Shown piece by piece: positions 1-10,500 of a DNA stretch of 64,000 bases (within the stretch, counting starts at the first letter, position 1; each line of letters opens with the position of its first letter). The notes below the pieces were generated by a model. That model was not told where the DNA came from. It saw only the letters and a program-made list of their open reading frames with translations, and searched no databases. The DNA is from Amphiscolops sp. MND2022 (lineage: Eukaryota), in the NCBI GenBank assembly GCA_964187785.1, contig OZ076409.1:99078001-99142000 (forward strand), written 5' to 3'. A program made the position numbers and the translations under genes.

Positions 1-46
1 GATTGTTGATAAAGTAATTCATTATCGAATTCACACTTCCGAAAAT

Positions 47-3000
47 TTACTCGGAGGAATTGTGGATTATTGAGGACGATGTGAGTTTCACAGTTTCATG
101 GGTAACAAACCTCATTACCATAGGCTTTTGTGACTGGAAGATAACGATTTTAACACTTTGGAAAAGTTGGTGGTTTTTACGACAAGACATTTAATATAGC
201 ATTTGGGAAGCCTTTTGTCCTACATGAAAAAAAAACAGAAAATACAGATTTATATGATATATTTAATAATTTCGTCACATTTCAAACAGATACATGCGAC
301 ATGTCTGGATTCAGATGTATGAAGGAAAACAACAAAGCCAATGAGAAAATTTGTAGGTTTCTTCCACACAAACCGTCGAATAAGATAAGATTCCTCAAAT
401 TGGTTGAAAAAGTAGAAGCAGAGAAAAGTTTGACAAAAATTGGCCTTTTCAGAGAAACAGCTGGTATTGGATACAAATCTGTCTTGCTCAAAGTTACCTA
501 ATGCAGCTGTGCCTGGGAAACCCATGATGCCAAATTCTCCAGCTATATTCGCAATAACTCAGTCTTCTAGTGGAAATGTTCTGCTTCTTACCGAAAATTT
601 TAGCCGTAAGTACCTATATAAATATGCTATCGGGAAAGAGGAACTTGCTGACTGAAATTGAAAGCAGGGTACAATGGGGAATCAATCAATGTCCAAGTTT
701 CATTTTTGAATAATACAAAAATTTCGGGAGTTCACATCTCTAGCAAGTCGAAATCTAAAGAGATGTAGCTGGAATTAATGCTATTAAAGTTCCACAAACA
801 GAATATATAAGGTGGAGCTTGAAGTTTTCTTGTTTAATGACAAGCTTTGACTTTGTACATGTACTTTCAGTTTTCTTGTAGTTTAGAAGTGCTTCAAAAA
901 AAGAAACAAGCCGGGACCGGCCCAAGTCGGCGCCATATCCAAGGCTCAAAAACAGCAAAAAGACTTCCAAGTGTCAAGTATTCTTTTACAGTAGTCGAAA
1001 ATCGAAAATTTTTCGAAATTTTTTTTGAAAAAATTACATATTAAAACAAGCCGGGACCGGCCCAAGTCGGCGCCATATCCAAGGCTCAAAAATAGCAAAA
1101 AGACTTCCAAGTGTCAAGTATTCGTTTACAGTAGTCGAAAATTGAAAATTTTTCGAAATTTTTTTTTTGAAAAAATTACATACTAAAAAATGGACCGAGT
1201 GGCGCACCGGGGCTCGCTACCGCGAGCCCCTGGCGCGCTAACGTCTCACAATGCCGAAAAACTGAAAGGGGGGACCCTTTGAGGTTTTTCAACATCCATT
1301 CTGTCGCAAAACATGAAAAAATTGAAGAAAAATTTTTTTTTAATTTTCGGGATAAAATCTCACAATGCCGAAAAAAACTGAAAGGAGGAACCCTTTGGGA
1401 TTTTCCAACATCCATTCTGTCGCAAAACATCAAAAAAAATGCAGGGGGACCCTTTGAGGAAAAAAAATTTCGAAAAAAAATCCGAAAAAAAATGTCTCGC
1501 AGTGCCGAAAAAAATTGAAAGGGGGGACTCTTTGGTCTCGCCCGGTATGATATGTTACGCGGAAAAACAGGTAAAACCATTTTGGACCAGTTCGCTAGGC
1601 CAAATGGTGCTATTTGACACCATAATATTTTGTAGAACTTTTAAGAACTATTTTGGTCAGTTCGTGTGGATAGGAAAAAAAAAGAGTCACTATAATAGTC
1701 GCGTTTCACTTCATGAAGCGCCGACTAAAAATGGACCGAGTGGCGCGCTACCGTCTCACAATGCCGAAAAACTGAAAGGGGGGACCCTTTGAGGTTTTTC
1801 AACATCCATTCTGTCGCAAAACATGAAAAAATTGAAGAAAACAAAAAAATTTTATTTTCGGGAAAAAATCTCACAATGCCGAAAAAAACTGAAAGGAGGA
1901 ACCCTTTGGGATTTTCCAACAACCATTCTGTCGCAAAACATCAAAAAAAATGCAGGGGGGACCCTTTGAGGAAAAAAATTCGAAAAAAAATCCGAAAAAA
2001 ATGTCTCGCAGTGCCGAAAAAAATTGAAAGGGGGGACTCTTTGGTCTCGCCCGGTATGGTATGTTACGCGGAAAAACAGGTAAAACCATTTTGGTCCAGT
2101 TCGCTAGGCCAAATGGTGCAATTTGACACCATAATATTTTGTAGAACCTTTAGGAACTATTTTGGTCAGTTCGTGTGGAAAAAAGTCACTATAATAGTCG
2201 CGTTTCACTTCATGAAGCGCCGACTAAAAACTTAAACATTACATCGTCATTGAGAGATGATCTCAATTTACCGTCATATAGTCATATTACTTCTAACCTG
2301 AAAGTTATAATCGATGATACGGTCGGTTCTAAACTTTCGCATGACCGTATAACCAAGTTTTCAACACGTCTCCCACAAATATTGTACATTATTCCGCTAA
2401 AATTTATTACTCCCATTTTATAGCTGAGGAAATGATTACCAAAAAAGACTTGATATCAAAAAGTCTTGATCAGTTGCTAAGTGAATATATAATATCTTGA
2501 GCCATGGTCCAATGAGATAAAAATTCGATCTAATTCATTGAGTTATGTATTAAATTATGTGGAAGACAACCTTAGACATTGGAGAAAATCAACAGTCACT
2601 CCTTGCAGTTAAGAATGTCTTGGAAAAAATATCTCTGGAGACTTACCAGAAAAAAAATTTTCAAAAGTAATACTTTGTCCCGTCCGCGGTTGTTTTCACA
2701 ATTTACCCTAAAAGTTTTCAATTCTTATTATACCTGTTTTATACTATGGGGGAGTTTGAGACAGAAATGGACCTTTTCAGCACATGCAGTTTAACGAAAG
2801 ACATTACCTCAGAGAGATTAAAATGAATCTCATGTTGCATCTTCTGAAACGTTTCGTATTAAAACAGATGAAGTGTCTGCCTGGAGAATCTGTATCGTTT
2901 TCCAACAGGCTATGAGCTGCTTACCATAGTATTTACTCTCTGGTCATGGATGATAAAGAAGATTGTAATGAATTCCCTTGTGTACTCATGTCAATCTTGA

Positions 3001-4800
3001 CCGAAAGAACTGAAGATCATATGGCATGTTACCTCGAAGACACAAAATTGCTTTTCGATTCATTTAGACCGGTAGATGTTGTTAATTTACCACCGTCCCA
3101 TGATAATGAAGTGATCAGCTTGTGGGTACCTGAATGTAGAAGATTGCCAATCCAGACTGAGATGTCATTCAAAGAAAAGTTAGAAGTTAAAGAAAGCAAA
3201 ATGTTGAATGTTACTTCACAGATATCACACATATGATGACAACAGCTGACGTCACACACTGTTACCAACGCCCACCGTCCGTGGGCATGCCGAGGCATGC
3301 CCTTCGACGACGTATGCCAAATACCCTATTTACCGAGTTCAAAGATAAACTTGTATATGGAAAACCTGGTGCTGGCAATATTTATGGATTTCTGGAGTTC
3401 GATTATTATTTCAATGTTGAATGGATTACAATGTTGTCACAGGCTCCGCTTCTCGAAGAACTGCTATTTTCAATTGTGAACAAATTCATCGACTGTTAGT
3501 TATGGAAGAATTTGGAATGGTTAACAGCGAATTGTTATTGATTTGATACTGGAACGATTGAATAAACACAATCCATTCAGCGGAGTTTTCATTGTTTGCA
3601 ATGGGGACACCAATCAACTACCGAGTATAGATGGTTCTGACGTCTTCCTAAGTCCACTGATTATGTTTTGTTTTAAAACGCACTTCCTCAGACACTATGT
3701 TCAATGATGGATCCCACAGGCAACCAATTGCTGAAAAAGATGTCCATGAAACCCATTGTAGAAGTGAACATTGAGAAATTTGCAAAGAGATAATTGACAA
3801 AAACTGTACTTTTGTGGACACATGGAGGCCCATCCAGGACAAAAGAGTTATGAACAGGACGCCATTTCTTTTCACCAAAGAAGTTCAAAACACAGCACGT
3901 TGAATTTGTAAAATTGCTGCGTTGATGAAATGTATCCGAACTTGTCATCACATTGGCAGTCTGCATCTGACGAAGCAGTCAAACACCTTAATAAGGAATG
4001 TCAAGAACCCAAAAATTGATTTGGAAGCAGCGCTGTATTCAGGGATTAACACAAAACACTGATAGACACTCAAGGAAATGTCTACATTTTAGCAGAAATG
4101 CTAGACGCGGGTCAAAATTCCTTCCTAGTTTACGTTGCACCACATGTTGACGCAGTTATGGACCCGAAGCTTCATGAAAACATTTTCCCTAATTGGAAAA
4201 AATAATAGAATAGCAGAGTCATTTGGTCTTTGTTTGAAATGGGGAAAAAGTTCTGTTCGAAGAACTCAGTTACCTGTTACTACTAATTAGGTTGCCCTAT
4301 CAGTTCATAAACTTATGGGAGATACCGATTCAAGCTTGCTACACAAAGTTCTGCCTGTGAACAGAAGTACCCCCCTTCGATGGCCTCTCAACTTGTTATT
4401 CCCAGTCGGCGTTTCCCAGTTTCGCCTCTCAACTTGTTTCCCAGGCGAGGGTATTCACATTTTCCCAAAAAATTATCCAAAGGGTACATCAGTTATCATG
4501 TTACAAAGAACAAATAATCCATGTTTCTTGAACAAATATGGCATTCTTAATATTGAAAACAATTTTGCAAATCTGAAACTCGGCCATAGACTCCATATTG
4601 CGCAAAACAACAATGAAAGAAAAGTTGGTGCAAGAATCAATTTACCACTGAGAGACGAAATACCCATTGTTACCCCTGGTTTCGTTTACCCTACTTGTTA
4701 GTTTGAATTATAAACATCATACTAATTGCATTGTGAAAGAATCAACAAAAAACTTATCGGATTTGAACAGATTTTATACTGTCGGAAATTATAGACGGTT
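47..4800 (+). mobile_element. Decayed Helitron-type RepHel (HUH Rep + PIF1 helicase) coding region; runs off the left edge; interrupted by a HINE at 904-2230
   Basis: Frame from 47 reads LLGGIVDY*GRCEFHSFMGNKPHYHRLL*L (HUH motif PHYH at 110-121). The same frame gives SRKYLYKYAIGKEE (Y2 motif, ~608-625). Later come LVYGKPGAG (Walker A-like, ~3350), MEEFGMVNSELL (Walker B-like, ~3503), NPFSGVFIVCNGDTNQLPSI (PIF1 motif III, ~3570-3630) and RTQLPVTTN*VALSVHKLMGDT (PIF1 RxQxP/TIHKSQG-like, ~4260-4325). Many stops and frameshifts. Confidence 0.85.
904..2230 (-). mobile_element. Non-autonomous Helentron/DINE-1-like element (HINE family A) with partial duplications of both ends
   Basis: AAACAAGCCGGGACCGGCCCAAGTCGGCGC at 904 and again at ~1044; GCGCCGACTAAAAA at ~1718 and ~2217; subterminal inverted repeat AGTCGGCGC/GCGCCGACT. 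Confidence 0.8.
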
Positions 4801-4804
4801 AGAC

Positions 4805-5060
4805 CGACTATGACTCTCCAAGGCTTCGGCCACCAATCCCCCCCCCGGGGGGGGGGGGGGGTTAGGGCCGACAGAGTCCCCCACATACTCGCCCTATTCG
4901 ATTCGGTAGTCCGTGGTAGGGCCGGGGGATCCTTTGTTTGACAGACCCCCTGCCCGGGAGGGAGGACACAAGCATGGGAAAAGGGGACCTTTCTCTAAAC
5001 TAGGTGGCAACATGGGTGGGCTCCCCCTGCCAACTGGTCCCCTCATCTCGTGCTGCTTTT
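4805..5060. other. GC-rich multi-hairpin segment, candidate structured RNA or viral-type leader
   Basis: Nested pairings GACTCT/AGAGTC, TCGGCC/GGCCGA and C-run/G-run (~4812-4878); GGGCCGGGGG/CCCCCTGCCC (~4919-4955); AGGGGACC 4982-4989/GGTCCCCT 5036-5043 enclosing TGGCA/TGCCA. Confidence 0.45.
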
Positions 5061-5082
5061 CATTTAATGTTTTCTCATGGTG

Positions 5083-6109
5083 TTTTTAGTCGGCGCTGTT
5101 ATTAATAAAGAGCCCGACTATTACAGCCACTCGTTTTTTAGTCGGCGCATTTTAGTAGAAAATGTGCCCGACTATCACAGTGGGTAGTTTTTTTGGACAC
5201 GAAAGGTCCACTTTTTTGTTCATTTGTTCAACAACCTCAAACCTCAACAACTTCAAACCTCAACAACTCCAACCTCAGAAGCGCGCCCAAAACGAAAAGA
5301 AAAAAACAAAACAGACGTCCACAACCTCGAAAACACACTAAGGATCCCCCCATAGCCCCACTTTTTTTTCGGAACTATGCGACTTTTTGAAACTTTTTGG
5401 ATTGAAATTTTTTCCCCAAAGGGTCCCCCTTCAATTTTTCTGATGTTTTGCAACACAATATATGTCAAAAAATCGCAAAGGGTCCCCCCTTTTACATTTT
5501 TCGGCACTGTGACACTGTTCAAAAACCTCATTTAAATTTTTTTCTGGAAATTTTTTCATGTCTCCAAAGGGTCCCCCCTTCAATTTTTTAAAATTTTTTG
5601 CAACCAGCTGGAGTTTCACAAAGCCCGAAGGGTCCCCCTTTTAAATTTTGAGCCTTAGATATGGCGCCGACTTTGGCCGTTCTCGGCTTGTTTTTATTTA
5701 AGACAGACTCGAAGCGACGAACGTTAACGTTCAACTGAAGGAAACTAAATACCAGGGAAACGCATGTAAATTTCCAAAGGATCCCCCTTTGGTTTTTTAC
5801 TTTTTAAACGTTACCTACAAACCCGGACGGGACTAAAGGGTCCCCCACTTTCGATTTTTTTTCGGCACTGTGCGACTTTTTTCGAGATTTTTTAAATGTC
5901 CCCAAAGGGTCCCCAATTTGAGTTTTTTGTTATTTTGCTACAGAATGCATGTTTATAAATCAAAAAGGGTCCCCCTTTTACATTTTTCGGCACTGCGACA
6001 TTTTCTGAAAGAATTTTTTTTCGAAAACTTCAAGTTTTTTTCCAAAAAAAATATTTTGCGCTTTTTGAGCCTTAGATATAGCGCCGACTTGAGACGTTCC
6101 CGTCTTGTT
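5083..6109 (+). mobile_element. Two adjacent HINE family A copies (5083-5693 and ~5700-6109)
   Basis: TTTTTAGTCGGCGC start (doubled at 5083 and ~5134); ends GCGCCGACTTTGGCCGTTCTCGGCTTGTTT (5693) and GCGCCGACTTGAGACGTTCCCGTCTTGTT (6109). Confidence 0.8.
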
Positions 6110-6194
6110 CTTTGAACCTTTCAGTTTAACTGGGGTTAACCTGGTTTTCGTTTTTTGGGGGTATGTTAAATGCTGTTTCCTTTTTAGATAGCAA

Positions 6195-7449
6195 ATGAGT
6201 TCGCCTCCAGCCGAGCGCCCTGAGGCCGACTCGAGCATCACCTCCATAAAACTTACTCCACAGTACGACAATCTTCTTCCAGCACCACTCAGCATCGGAA
6301 ATAACAAAGGGCAGGACGTAGTTCAATACATCAAAAAGACGATTGGTAGTGCCTACGAAGTTGACAGAAATGCAGCCAACATCATCAGCAATTCATGCCA
6401 GATAGTGCGTGGCTTGTATCAAAATGTCACTGTTGGTAATCTCGAGTTTGTCAATGTCAAGCTCCCACGTGCTGGTGTGGCGCAAGCTCAGCCTTTCAGT
6501 ATCGTGTACGAGCCCCGTGACGTGTTGAAAAAGAAGGATGTCAGTAAGGTGGTTTTTGTGACAGACGGCGGTGCTTGGTCAGAGAAGAAAGTTCGAGAGA
6601 GCTTGACGAGTAAGTACACGATCGATAACTCTTGGTACCCAGTAATGTGACGATCCGGCTCGGACAATTTAGTCCAGTACAACAATGTGGCCCTATATGC
6701 GAAAGCATTCCATATCCTTTCCCTTGTTGTCGACGCCGCAGCCAGTGGCAACACTAATGCTCTCCCGGGTGCCTAAGCCAATTACACTAATATAGACATG
6801 ACCGTGGCTGCTGCGGCAGGGCCCATTGGCAACTGGAACACAGCTATAGTCAAAAACCACATTGTATGCAAGGGGGATGCTCTGAACTCGAATGATACTC
6901 TTTGTTTACGGATGTTGGCTATGACTTACCCCACGTTCGGGCTATGGCACCACGCTTCTGCTTCTGTCTGGGGTGCTACTCCTATCACAGTGATTTATGT
7001 CTTGGCTGCCCCCTGCCGTTGCTGCTGCTGCCCCTGTTGCGTTTTGGGCATTTATCTTGGTTCCCCAAAGTGTAGCAAGGAGAAGAGCCAATGTGGACTG
7101 GTGCACAGTCACGATGGAGTTTGGCTGCACTAGCGTGCCGCGGCCGGGACAAACTAACCCCCTGGTATGGATCCTGAGTCCCCCCAACGAGCCAGTCCTT
7201 TACGAAGACGAGTATGAGGCGTTGGCCGCATCCACGCCGGTGGATGTGCAACGAGTCCAGGCGGTCGGCGGAGTGTTGCTGGGAACTCTCCCCTCCAGTG
7301 TGAGTATTAAACTACAGTTCCATGGTTCCTTCCTATTTGGAATGTACGACACGGGTGCTGTTGCTGCCTTGGGTTCTGCCACTTCAGTGGGTAGACGAAA
7401 ACTGACGCTAATTCCTACCCAGAAGTGTGTGTACTTCAAATGTACTTGA
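6195..7449 (+). pseudogene. Decayed intronless frame (~410 codons, two in-frame stops, one frameshift); possible endogenous viral element resembling a toti-like dsRNA virus capsid
   Basis: ORFs 6195-6650 and 6798-7133 share a frame and are separated only by TGA (6648) and TAA (~6774); protein-like sequence continues in frame 6997-7449. GC is visibly higher than the flanks; Ala/Pro/Val-rich; no introns. The viral identity is an impression, not verified. Confidence 0.4.
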
Positions 7450-7502
7450 TATGTACGAATCACATACTTGATATGTATACTTGATATGTATAATATACTT
7501 GA

Positions 7503-10500
7503 TATGTATAAGCTACCGCCAGCAGATGTAAATATTTGTAGTTACGTTTTGCCACGAACTTCCAACTGATTGAAGCTTTTCTCCGTGATAAAGCTTGTAG
7601 GGAAATGTGCGACTCACAATGTGTTACGCCAAGGTGGAATTCACTTCAGTTCTGATGAGGTGAAGAAAACGTGTAAGAGATTCGGATTCGGTCAAATTCA
7701 GCTCAATGTCTTCACTAAACTGACGATACATGCAAACAAAACCTCGCACCAATTAAACAATGATGCTATAGAAACATACGATACTGAGGATTGTGTCCAA
7801 CAATGGTGTGAGAGCATCATCACAACCCAAAAATTTCTCATAATTGGCTGGTTTAAACCGGCCAAAAAACGAAGACGGAACAGCTAATAGTGGAAATTTT
7901 TCGAACCATGTTTCTAGTTTATTTCCAGCTTCACATTTATGAGATCAACAAAATAGTTTGATATACCGCCCTAAGAATATAAGAACTCGAAAGATGTCAG
8001 TAACTGAGGCATTCAACAGGGCGTCTTACTGAAAAGCTGTGATTTTAGATAACAAGGTTGGCATGTTATTAAAAAGTTATTAAACACGCAATTTAACTAA
8101 CAATGTGATTTATTTTTTCTAACGTTTGTAATTCATTTCTGAAGAAATGCAGTAGTGTATAAACAAATGGTCTGTGGATCTATTGGATCATCGGTACCAA
8201 GGGTCAAAGAAGGACTCAGTCAAAATCCCCATGGGATGGAGTATGTTAACTTATGCAACAAAAATGTAGCCCAGATGTCTAAAACTACGTTGCAAAACTG
8301 CACCATATTCTGAAATTCTGTTTTGCGCAAACTTCTCTGAATTATCGCCAGCGGCATGGTGGAAGGCAGGAGAAAAAATGGGATTCAATCCGCAGTTGGT
8401 GGAACTTGCTATGAGAATTGTGGGCTACAACCCAGATTCGATGTTTGTTTTCCACGCTGGAATTTACCAATGGAAAGCTAAGAGATCAACTCGGCGTTGA
8501 TAAAGCCGGAAAACTCACAATTCTCTTCATACAATTTAATCTTTTTCATCTGAAATAAATAACATTTCTAACATAAATAACGTGCTTTTTTCAGTAAATT
8601 AGTTAGTTTCCTATTAAAAGAAATCACATTTTGCCAACCCTGACAGATAATAATACAACATCTATTTCTTTCTGACTCATTCAATGATGTTCAACCAATA
8701 AATCAAGTTAATGCTCAAGCACAACTTCGAAATTATAGTGATGCTGCTCCAAACAACCAAACCTCATAATGACGGAGGCTCTACTGAAAAAAAGAAATGC
8801 TTCATGAATGATGATATTCATTAACGTCATTGTATTGTTTGAAATTGAATCATTTTTCATTTATTTGATAATAGAAATAGAACAACGTCACATTACGTCA
8901 AAAATAAGAAAAATGTTTCTGAATGGATTAATGATTGTAATACTAGTGTAGAATGGAACAAGTAACTGTGAATGAGTCAGTGCTTTTTACTCTGATGATA
9001 TTACATGTTCTTCCTCATGACGGTACATGCGATTATTGTTTCGCTCACTCTCAAAAACTAATAACTTAAAGAACCTACAAGATAAATGTATGTACAAGAA
9101 AAAGAACTTATTCAAAGTTGTCCAGAAACATCCAAAGTGAGAAAACAAGAAATTTGGAAATTTGTGCATTGGAAAGATTTGTCGTAGTTCGAGTGGAAGG
9201 TACTGCTCACGTGCTATTGGTATTTACGAAATTAAAAAGTCAGTTGTTAACACACAAGTCTAACGCCCGGGATGTGTGTTTTGCTACGATGTCCGTGAGT
9301 GTTAGGCTTGCTAAAAAAGTCAAAATCATCTTTGTTCAACAGAAGATCCTCTGGTTCCATGCGCAAGATTTTATATGTATAAGCTACCGCCAGCAGATGT
9401 TAATATTTGTAGTTACGTTTTCTTGCCACGAAGTTCCAACTGATTGAAGCAGTTCTCCGTGATAAAGCTTGTGGGGGAATGTTTGACTCACAATGTAAAA
9501 CGTCACGGTGTCCATGTCTGGTAGCTGATTCTCAAACTCATTGGGTTTTGAAATTCCCTTCAGTTATGATGAGGGGAAGTAAACGTGTAACATATGCGGA
9601 TTCAGTCAAATTCAGCTGAATGTCTTCACTAAATTGACGACACATGCAAACAAAACCTCGCACCAATTAAACAATGATGCTATAGAAACATACGATATGG
9701 AGGATTGTGTCCAACAATGGTGTGAGAGCATCATCAGAACCCAAACATTTCTCATAATTGACTGGTTTAAACCGGCCAAAAAACGAAGACGGAAAAGCGA
9801 ATAGTGGAAGTTTTTCAAACCATGTTTCTAGTTTATTTCCAGCTTCACATTTATGAGATCAACAAAATAGTTTGATATACCGCGCTGAGAATATAAGAAT
9901 TCGAAAGATGTCAGCAACTGAGGCATTCAACAGGGCGTCTTACTGCAGAGCTGTAATTTTAGATAACAAGGTTGGCATGTTATTCAACAAGTTATTAAAC
10001 ATGTTATTTAACATGCAATTCAACTAACAATGTATTTGATTTTTTCTAAATTTTGTTATTGATTTCTGAAAAAATGCAGTATTGTATAAACAAATGGTCT
10101 GTGGATCTATGGGATCATCGGTACCAAGGATCAACGATGGACCCAGTCAAATTCGCCATGGCATGGAGTATGTTAACTTATGCAACAAAGATGTAGCCCC
10201 AGTTGTCTCAAAGTACGTTGCAAAAATTGCACCATATCCTGCAATTCTGTTTTGCGCAAACTACTCTGAATTACCGCCAGCAGCATAATGGAAGGCAGGC
10301 GAAAAAATGGGATTCAATCCGGTGTTGGTGGAACATGCTATGGGAATTGTGGGCTACAACCCAGCTTCGATGTTTGTTTTCCACGCTGGCATTTACCAAT
10401 GGAAAGCTAAGAGGTCAACTCGGCGTTGATAAAGCTGGAACACTCACATTTCTCTTCATACAATCAAATCTTTTTCATCTGAAATAAATAACATTTCTAA

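Noticed and set aside
47..140. TGA at two expected Trp positions as a sign of an alternative genetic code
   Set aside because: The region has many other stops and frameshifts, and UBE4B uses TGG for Trp and TGA as its stop.
1176..2423. Lys/Phe-rich ORFs in this and other HINE copies
   Set aside because: Chance frames in A/T-run-rich non-autonomous repeats; not conserved between copies.
3233..3499. NACHT/NLR NTPase suggested by LVYGKPGAG...FDYYF...LLFS
   Set aside because: Downstream PFSG..GDxxQLP and RxQLP..VHK motifs and the upstream HUH/Y2 motifs fit a PIF1-type RepHel better.
8930..8960. CTAG in each array unit as a Helitron 3' terminus
   Set aside because: No convincing GC-rich hairpin precedes it and it is mutated in one unit.
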